Positions 26,601-37,000 of a stretch of 64,000 nucleotides of DNA are shown here, piece after piece (the stretch's first letter is position 1; the number at the start of each line of letters is the position of its first letter). Under the pieces are notes generated by a model that worked only from the letters and a program-made list of their open reading frames with translations, ran no database searches and had not been told where the DNA came from. Both the position numbers and the translations under genes were made by a program. The stretch is from Podarcis gaigeae (taxonomy: Eukaryota): assembly GCA_964106915.2 (NCBI GenBank), contig OZ066914.1; one strand, given 5' to 3'.

Positions 26601-27371
26601 CTTCATTTAGCACAAGTTTATGGGTGGTTCTGAGGACTGCTGCTGCTGCAGCTGCTGTTTCTAGAAAGCCCTAGATTTCAATTCTTCCTCCAGCAGAGAT
26701 CATGTGTATCACCCTAGATTTCTGTGAGGGTGTAGGATCCCTCCCACAGCCCTTTTTGCACACAGTAGAACCTGGTAATGCCAACAGCGAGGGGAAATGG
26801 GAGGCAATACTGATCATCATGACAGACCAGGTTTCGATGCATCAGCTGCCTAACTGTTTGACAGGCTTTTTGAGGCCTCATGGTGAGATGGGAGGGAGCT
26901 GAATGGGGTTTAAGGTGCATAAGAGGCAGCTTTGGATGTTTGCAATAGCCAAGCCACTTTTATCGTGCAAGGCAAGTTGTGGAGAAATTGTGCTTGTGGG
27001 CAAACTTAAAATAGGTGTGCAATTAAGATAGCTATTTTCAGATCCGTGCTTGCAGTGGCGGAGGAAGGGGGTGCAGGGGGTGCAGTTCACCCCAGGTGTC
27101 ATCACGGGGGGGGGGGGTTTGACAAAATGAGTTTTTTTAAAAAAATGGGCTCATGAAACTTTTTAGGAGTGATGTGGTGGCTTAGGCGCCTGCAGATTCC
27201 GCACTGCCTGAAACGGCAGCGTGGGACTTGCCTCTGCCTACTGCCTTTCCCTCAGCCGCCCTACAGCTGGGGGGGGGGCGCTGGAGAGGTTCCAAGCATT
27301 GGAGAGGCTCATCCCGCCTCCGGCTGCAGAACACCCCCCCCGCACCAGGCACCAGAGCAGCTAGCTACGCC

Positions 27372-27451
<80 letters not shown>

Positions 27452-30400
27452 TTTCACAGCTGGGTTGGCATTTGATATTAAAACACCTTTTCTTCTGATG
27501 GCAACTATGGAGTCCTTTAGCCCACTGCCTCTCTCTCCTACACCTGCCAGGTGTGTGATTCCATTGCCACTGGATGAAAGTTGTCTTTCCCGAGGATTCT
27601 CTGTGGGCTCCAGGAATAGGAGGGCCTGTCCCTTCTGTCATAATGAATGAAATAAACCAACCCAATCATTCTGCACAGCTTTGAGCCATGGGGACAGATT
27701 AGTGGGAATAATGCCCCTAGATACCAAAGGACATTCTTCCTGTACAATAGGAATGAGAAAACTGTGGCACCTCCTCCCAATGTTGCTGGACTGCAGTTCC
27801 CAGTATCCCTGAACATGCTGGCTGAGGCTGATGGGAGTTGGAGTCCAACAATATCCAGAGGGCCACAGGTTCTTAAACCCTGGCAGGATCTTTCTTACTC
27901 CAGATCCTTCCCATCCCCATTTCCATGATTAACATCCAGTGCCCTTTTAAAATGTGTTGGGGAAGGGGTTGTTTTTGTAAACACTATGTATATTGTATTT
28001 TTATATTGTGATTTTATGTTGTAACTGCCCTGAGACCTGCAGGTGTAGGGCGGTGTGCAAATGTAAGAATTAATAATGAGAATAATTCTGCCCTTCTCGT
28101 TCCCACAGGCTGTGGAGCTCCCAGACTCCTTCTCACCTGAGCTGCGCTCTCTGCTGGAGGGGCTGCTGCAGAGAGATGTGAACCGTCGGCTGGGTTGTAT
28201 GGGCCGCGGGTGAGTCTCCGGGGGGAACAGCTGAAGCGTCTGGATGGGCTGTAGGGCAGGGATGTTGGTGGGGAGTGAGATTCCTGTGGCCCTCCAGTTG
28301 TTGCTGGACTGGTTGGTCAGCAGTCAGGGGAAACTGTCGCCCAAGCGCATCTGGGAGGCCATTGGTTGGCTGAGGGGATTAAGTTGCCCAACCTTCTTAT
28401 ACAAAGAATGCTTTCAGAATTATCAGTGGAGTGGAGTTTTGTTGTTTGGAACGCAGCTAAGAATACTTCAGCCCTTCTCGTTTGAAAAAAACAACCTGGG
28501 GAAATGGACAAGCATGCTATTTCCAGGTGCTCTGGTTGCCACAACAAGGGCAGGTTTAAAATACATATATATCACACTACGGGACCAAGAAGTGCCTTCC
28601 ATTTTTAAAAAGTATTTATGGGACAGGCTTAACATCCTGCTGTTAGCTTAGCTTTCCCAGGCTCCCTGCTTGCCCTGTTCCTCAGGTTCAGATTCAAGCC
28701 ACAATCTGATAACTCAAATTTAGATGACCTTGAAACAGAGGATGTACTGCGGGAGCTAAGGAATGCTCCAGCAACGTTATTCCTTTGTCGGCAAGGCTCT
28801 GGGCTTTCCATGTAGTACCCTGTTCAGCGCAAGACCTAAGATAGGATCTGGAATTCAAAGAATCACAGAGTTTGCTTGTTTAAAAAAATCCAGTTTATGG
28901 CTTTTAATGGTTGCAGAGAAGCAATCTTGGACTGAATTGGCTGCTATGTGCAAAATGTGCACCTCATGTTACCCTGCACCCCAGCAGCCTGTCTCTTCCC
29001 CCTGCTGTCTTTTATTTTCCATTATTTCTGATTTTGTTAGCCTAGTTTTGATTTTTCTCAAAACATACAATTTTCTATCACAACACTTTTCAGGTCTTTT
29101 CAGAGCTATGAATCGTTATTACTCACTTGCATATAGAATATCTGTTGTAGGGAGAATGGCGGATGGGAGTCCCTGCCTAGGTACTTGCTGATTCACCATT
29201 TCATAAAATAATAATGGAGCAAATTAAACAATCCTGCCCCAGAATAGGCTATTCTCAACTCTTGCGATGAATATATATAACCCAGAAACTGACGTGTCTC
29301 ATGTAGGGACAAATCAGCTTTGTTTACATCCTGCATCTGATGAAGTCGGCTCTTTCCTATAAACGTTTGTGCTACGATGAGTCACTTAGCCTCTCAGGTG
29401 TGATGTGCAGACTTCGTGTTAACAGCGTTCTGTGGCTAGGCAATCCAAGTTCTGTGTCAACAAGAGCTGTGTTCTTTGACTTGTATATAAGAGGTTTGCA
29501 CATTTTCTCTTATCAATCACAGTTTCTTCTGAGCTTTTGCTATTTTTGCAGAATTTGCTCTGGTTTTCTTTTTCCATGGAGAGGCAATAAGCCCTACAGA
29601 GGACTGAAGCTGCCCGCCCCTGAACCTCTGATCATCTTTCTCTAGGTTCAGAGTTTTTAGTAAGCATAGCTCACATACTTTCAAATATATATTCAAAACC
29701 ATTAGGACTACAGACTTGCCTGCCTTAAAAATGGGATCTGAACTTTTCAGAAAGCTGGATTCTGGGCGCAGAATCCAGCTTTCTGAGAAGTTCAGATCTG
29801 CCCTTCTTCTGAGCACCTGCAGAATTGCAGCATTTGCACAGCCCTACCTTTCAGTTGCTCAATGTCTCTCTTGTCCTTTGTTTGCTGTAACGAAACAGAA
29901 CAGCTCAGGGTTGTTGGGTTTTTTGGCGGTGGACAAAGAAGGCACACCAGGCTGAGTTAATCTAGGTGGTAAAAGTCAAGAGCTGCAGATGTGGTTAGGC
30001 CAAGCTAAATCCTGATGTCCTTTTAAACAAAACAAGTTTTCCTTCAAAGGAAATTGCTCAGCTGTTAGATGAACACAAAGGCAGCATTCCAGTTGTGTGT
30101 GGCTGTTCATGACAAAGCTACTGTTCCCAAGCTTTTCTCTAGTAATGAACAGCACCCAGCCTCCCTCCCCATTGACCAAACTGGCTGGGGCTGAAGGATG
30201 TAATAGTTCATACCATCTGGTGAACATTGCATTGGCTACCCCTGCCCTAACTATTCAGTGGTCAAAGGGAGAACTCTATGTAATCTGCAACCGTCTTTCC
30301 AACAGGGCGCTTGAGGTGAAGGAGAGTCCCTTCTTCCAGGGTCTAGACTGGCAGATGGTTTTCCTCCAAAAGGTGAGCAGGGCAGTTGGGAAGACAGTAG

Positions 30401-31019
30401 AGTTGCTGGGGATAAAGACTCTGCTCGGTCATCATGAATCATAGAGTTGGAAGGGACCCCAGGGGTCATCTAGTCCAACACCCTGCAATACAGGAATCAC
30501 CATTAAAGCATCCATGACAGATGGCTACCCAACCTCTGCTTAAAAACTTCCAATGAAGGAGAGTCCACAACCTCCCGTGAGAGTCTGTTCCACTGTTGAA
30601 CAGCTCTTACTATCATAAAGCTCTTCCTGAAGTTTAGTCGGAGTCTCCTTTCTTGTAACTGAATCCACTGGTTCAGGACCTAGTCTCGAGAGCAGAAGAG
30701 AACAAGTTTGTTCTTCAGTGTGACAGCCCTTTAGATAGTTGAAGATGGCCATCAGGGAAGGAAGGAATTGTAAGGGATAAGCGACTCTCCTCTGCTCCTT
30801 GGTTGACTCTCCCCCCCCCCCAATGTCTTCACAGTATCCGCCCCCCTTGATCCCACCACGCGGGGAGGTGAATGCAGCTGACGCTTTTGACATTGGCTCC
30901 TTTGATGAAGAGGACACCAAAGGCATCAAGGTATGTGGTGGGCAGCCCTTAACCTACTGTCTGCTAGGTCAGCTGCAGTTTCCTCCTCTGTTCTTTGGTT
31001 TGAACATACCTCTACTTTA

Positions 31020-31065
<46 letters not shown>

Positions 31066-34000
31066 GCATCTCCCATTTTTCTTCCAAACGTGGCACTCAG
31101 AGCAGGTTTAATTACAAATACACAGTGAGGGCTTCAGCAGCAAAGTGAAATCAGCAGCGCTAATGGGTGGAACAGCACTGTAGGCCGCAATACTATGTTC
31201 TGCTACTAGGGAATAGGGTAATGCAGACAAATGAATGTTACTGGACTGATTTGACAAATGAATGTTACTGGACTGATATGTTGGCTTCAGTCCATCTAGT
31301 TCAGCACCTTGTCTCCGACACTAAGGCCAGCCACAGAACACTGGGAAGCTCACAAGCAGAGCATGATGGAGATAGACACCCCTTCTCTCCCCCCCCCACC
31401 CCACTTGCTTCCAGTAGTTGGAGCTATACTGCCTCTAAACATAGAGGTTTCACTTATCCTGGTGAACAGCCATGCGTGTGTTTAAACCTTTGAAGAGCTA
31501 CTTGGGTAGTGGCCAGCATGTCATCTTTGGTAATGAAGTCCACAAAGTAAATAGCACATAAGACGGGGATGTTCAGCCTTAGCCAAACTATTCCTTATAT
31601 GTGGAAGAAGTTTGTCATACAATTGCTGCATCCCCTAGAACCTAAATCTACTGTTCTGAACAGCAAACTTTGAGAGTGTTTTGAGACATGTCTAACAATC
31701 CAGCGGTTCTCCAAATGCCTTAGGTACTGGGGCAAGCCGAATTTTGTGTGGAGGGGTTTACTGGACTGAGAAAAGTTACTTGACTTTAAGCCAAAGCGAG
31801 TTGCAAAGTAAAGAACAGAAATCACACACACACACGGCAATAAAGAACTTTACAATGTGCATCCATAGATAAATATACGAAGCATATACCCCACTAAAAG
31901 GAAGACCAAAAAAAGAGGCAACAGACATAACTAAGTAACCTCCAAATTAAGGTTCAAGGGGCTGGGTAAATAAAACTGGCACCTAAAGGCAAACAACGAT
32001 GGTGCCAAGCTTGCTTCCCTTGGGAGAGCATTCCACAACCAGGGAGCCACCATTGAAAAGGCCCGTTCTTGTGTCACCACCCTCTCTGCCTCTCTTGGGG
32101 GGAGCACACACAGAATGCCCTCAGATGATGAATGCAGGACCTGGGTTTGTTCTGGAGGGGAGAACTCCTTTAGGTGGTGGGATCCTGAGCTGCATAATGG
32201 TTCCCCCCACCTCTGCAGGCAGGATAGGGGAGGTGTTGTGTCTGAGTTGGTTGGGAGAGAGCTGAGATCAGCTGGGAAGTGATTAGGGAAAACCTGGTGG
32301 GTTTTGGTTTTAGTGTCTAGAAGAGGTGGTGTAAGTCTGGGAAGGTGGAGAAGTGCAGAAGGCAGAGCCAGAGAGAATATCCTTGTCAAATACTTAAGAT
32401 AGAAAGGAAGAAATGGGACTTACCCCAAACCTCCATAGTAGAAGAATGCTGCTGGATCAGACCAAAGGCCTATAGTTCTGCATGCTGCTTCCCAGTCGGA
32501 TAGGCCTCTTAGAAGCCCACAAGGGGGGCATGAGGGCAGTAGCCCTCTCTTGCTGTGGTTTCCCTGGCAGCTGATATTCAGAGCAGGGGGACTGTGTCTG
32601 TTACCCTGAAAACAAGGGCAACGTGGCTCACTTCTCATTCCAGCTGTTGGAAAGTGACCAGGAGCTCTATCGCAACTTTCCACTCACCATCTCGGAGCGT
32701 TGGCAGCAGGAGGTGACAGAGACCGTCTTTGACACAGTCAACGCCGAGACTGACAAGCTGGAGGCTCGCAAAAGAGCCAAGAACAAGCAGTTGGGCCACG
32801 AGGAAGGTGAGACCCAGGGCTGGTAGGACAAGTGGCAGTGGGTTTCCTCATTCAGGCCAGCTCTGCTCCATGACCCAGTCCTCCTCAGCCGCCATTGCCA
32901 CCCAGGTCTGCCTGCCAGAATCCAGTTTGCAGGGCACCTGCTGCTGGAAACTCTTTGCTGCAACACCCACTATGGAGAGAAGACATGGCTGGATGACTTG
33001 GGTTGTTTCCCCCTGAACTGTTCCCTTTGGTGTCTCCTTGTTTTATTTCTTGTGGGGGGTTTTCTTTTGTTTTGGCCTCTCCTTGATGCTCTTCTCTTTG
33101 CCATTCCGTACACAGATTATGCCCTGGGCAAGGACTGCATCATGCACGGCTACATGTCAAAACTGGGGAACCCTTTCCTCACGCAGTGGCAGAGGCGGTA
33201 CTTCTACCTCTTCCCAAATCGGTTGGAGTGGCGTGGAGAAGGAGAATCCCCGGTAAGAGGAGATCTTTCCTCTAAGGAAGGAGGGGAGGGGATAATGGCA
33301 GGTTTGGGGTGAGGGTGGAGTGTCTTGCTATATACAAGTGGGAGAGCCTATGTTTGTCTCATATGGGTTTGGGGTGGGGCGGGGGGGGTAGGATTAGGCA
33401 TTGATTGCAGTGCCTGGAGGATGGGATTATGTGGAGATGGGCAAGGGATGCAGAATGCATGTTTAACCTGGGGTTATATAAGTGGCTCTTTCTTTGACCA
33501 AAGATGTTTTGGACCCTACAACAGCAGTCACTGCTCACCATGGAAGAGATCCAGACTGTTGAGGAGACACAGATAAAGGATCGAAAGTGCATCCTCCTAA
33601 AGATCCGGGGTGGCAAGCAGTTTGTCCTGCAGTGTGACGTGAGTTTTTCCTCACATTGCCTCTCCTAGAAGAAAGTCCAAAAAGTAGCGAGGTTGCCAAA
33701 AATTGGTGATGGGCACCCCCCAATTTCCCTTGGCATGGTTTGATGACTGGACAGGACTTAGGATAATATAGCACATCTTGACTGTTTGAAGTGTTTCACG
33801 TACATCATTATCTCAGTGATTCTTACAAGGCCTTTGTAAGACAGGGGACCATTGTTGTCCCCATAGTGCAAATGGGGGGGGGGTGTTTGAAGCTGAGAGA
33901 GAACTTTGCTTGCAAATCCCCACCCAGTGAATACATGGCAGAGGCAAGATTACAACCTGAGGCTTCCTGATTTTACGGCGCTGTGGTCTAAACCACTGAG

Positions 34001-37000
34001 CCTAGGGCTTGCCAATTGGAAGGTCAGCGGTTCGAATCCCTGTGACGGGGTGAGCTCCCGTTGCTTGGTCCCTGCTCCTGCCAACCTAGCAGTTTGAAAG
34101 CATGTCAAAGTGCAAGTAGATAAATAGGTACTGCTCCAGCGGGAAGGTAAACAGCGTTTCTGTGCGCTGCTCTGGTTTCGCCAGAAGCTGCTTAGTCATG
34201 CTGGCCACATGACCCGGAAAAACTGTCTGTGGACAAACGTCGGCTCCCTTGGCCAGTAAAGCGTGATGAGCACCGTAACCCCAGAGTCGTTTGCGACTGG
34301 ACTTAACTCTTAGGGGTCCTTTACCTTTACCTTTTTATGCTATACTAGTTCATGGTCTTATTACTGTACCTGAGATTAATAAAAATCCTGCTGAGGTCAC
34401 ATTCTACTGTGTTAAGTAGGCGCTGAAAAGAATGCAGCCTGATATCAATAAGCAGGGAGTTCCAAAGGGTTGAGTACTGCCACACTGAAAGAGGAATTTC
34501 TTACAAAGGGCTTTATGTGACACCTTGAATGGTGCCAGTTCCACAGATTGAAGCAAAGTAGACTATAGTGGTACCTCGGGTTACAAACACCTCAGGTTAC
34601 AAACACTTCGGGTTACAGACTCCGCTAACCCAGAAGTAGTACCTCGGGTTAAGAACTTTACCTCAGGATGAGAACAGAAATCGTGCGGTGGTGGTGCAGC
34701 GACAACAGGAGGCCCCATTAGCTAAAGTGGTGCTTCAGGTTAAGAACGGACCTCTGGAATGAATTAAGTTTGTAACCAGAGGTACCACAGTATTCCCAAG
34801 GCTTTATAAGGCTTTATATATAAATAGTAACACCTTGAATGGTAACAAATCAGAAACCAGTGCAGATCTCAGAACAGAGATATAATATGATGGCAGGATC
34901 TCTCTCCAGTCAGCAGCCATGCTGCAGCATTCTGCACTAACTGCAATTTCTGGATCAAGCACATGGGAAGGTCCACATAGAGTACATTGCAGCAGTAATT
35001 CAGCCTTGAAGTCAACAGTGCCTGTGATTAAGCTCTCCTGGTCAAGGAACAACCATAGCTGTTATACCATGTGCAGCTGGTAAAAGGTGCTTCTAGCTGC
35101 TTAGGGTACTAGAAGCACTCAAAAATTGTGCGCCTGCCCCTTCAAGAAGAGAGCAACTCCATTCAAGGTGGGCAAATTACAAATTTCTCTGACACAGGAA
35201 ACGCCCACGGTGCCTTCATCCTGCCAGGGTAGATCGATAGTGAAGGGGGCTTGAAGTTTGCAGCTTGTTTTAGTCACTTGGAGGTATTAGGCCAACACCT
35301 TTCTGAAGTTGTATTCTTGATTTGGTAGGTTGTTCTGGTCAGATGAGATCAGGGGAAGGGTGGATGGTCCTTTCTTGCAGTTGAATCAAATTTGAACCCT
35401 CAGGTGTAAGATGAATCAGAGGCACAAGTATCTTGTAGCTCTTTGTGTTTGTTTCTCATTCAAATCTGAAACAGATCTTTTCAAGTCTCCCCTCACAAGG
35501 GGGTGAGCAAGTGTGGGGACAGCTTAGGAGAGTCAAGAGAAGAGATAAGAGTGCGATGACAGAGCAGAAACAGGAAGTGTAAAACAGTTGTGCTTCCTGT
35601 TCTCCCTATTTAACTCGATGGCCTGTGTTCCCTTCCTGTTCTGTGATTTCTTGAATTCTATGATCACGAGGTCCCCTACAGGCTACTGGAGGAGGGGGAG
35701 CCCCTTCTCAATCTATGGGGAGGGGGAATGTCCTGTTCAGTTAAGAAAGCTAGTTCACATTTTAGAAGACTATAAATAGGGTGGTGTGTGCTTTGCATCA
35801 AAAGGGGAAGAAATTTCTCTACAACCAGAATAATTATATGTATTCATCAGATGTACAGAATATAGCTGAAGCTGCATAATTCTCTTAGAACTTGTTCAAG
35901 ACTAGAGGAGTTGGAGTAGCGTGTGTTATTGTATTGGGAGGCAAGGACTTTGCATGGGTGCAAGAAATTTATCCCTTTGCTGGAAAACCCATCTGCAGTG
36001 CAATCCTAAACTTGCCTACTCCGAAGCAGGCCCCACTAATTTAGTGGGGTTTTCTTTTCCCCAGGCAAGTTTGTGTAGCGGGGTAGCTAACCCATGGGCC
36101 AAATCCATCCTCAAGAGTGGATACACACACATACCTAGACCTGAAATAAATTGACGATTGAATTTGTGCTATTTAGTTCATTTTTAAAAGCCTGCATTTT
36201 TACTGAGGTGTCCCTCACTGTCGCTGTGATGGTCCTACTGCAGACAGCCTAGCTAGCATCCCAAAAATTGGGTGCCTCTGCCTTGACCTTTCAAAGGCAC
36301 CACTTCTCCCTCTCATGCTGCACTGTTGATAGATCTATAGTACTCAGGAATCTATATTTTTTAACAAAAGCCATATTTTGAATTAAGGGAAGGTTAATCA
36401 TTGGCTGCGTCCATTGTCTCACTCCCACATGACCCCATATACAGGCAAGCACCTCTTTAAGCCCTCTCTGCTCCAGTATGAGTAGTCATAGGGGCTTTGG
36501 CAGTCTGCCCTATATTGTGCCCCTGAGCTCTGGCTTTCATGCGCAAGCCAAGCGACAGGCAAATGTGACTGAGCAGTTTTGATGCATAAGAGGAAATCAA
36601 CACAAGTAATATGTGTGGGGATTAAACAGCCTTTTGCCTGAGTGTTGGTCAATGCAGGAGAAAAGCATCTTAGGTGAACAACAAGAGGCTCCTTATGATC
36701 AGGAGCTGTGCTGAGAAACTCTTTACCTCTGGCTTCCTATTCCTTCTCTACAGAGAGAACATATTGGTGCTAATGAGCTGGCGCAGAGAGGTGCCATTAG
36801 GAAATAATGCCTGAAAGCATTAACCATTTGTACACAGCTTCCAGAATTTTAGTCTGACAATGTTTCCTGACAATGTTTAGAACATTTAAAAACAATCACA
36901 TGCTTGCACAGCTAATGATGTCAAGGGGTTGCCAAGAACAGTATCTTCCAGCCATCATAGGCCTAGTTAAACAGGAATGTTTTTAAGTTGCTCCCAAACC

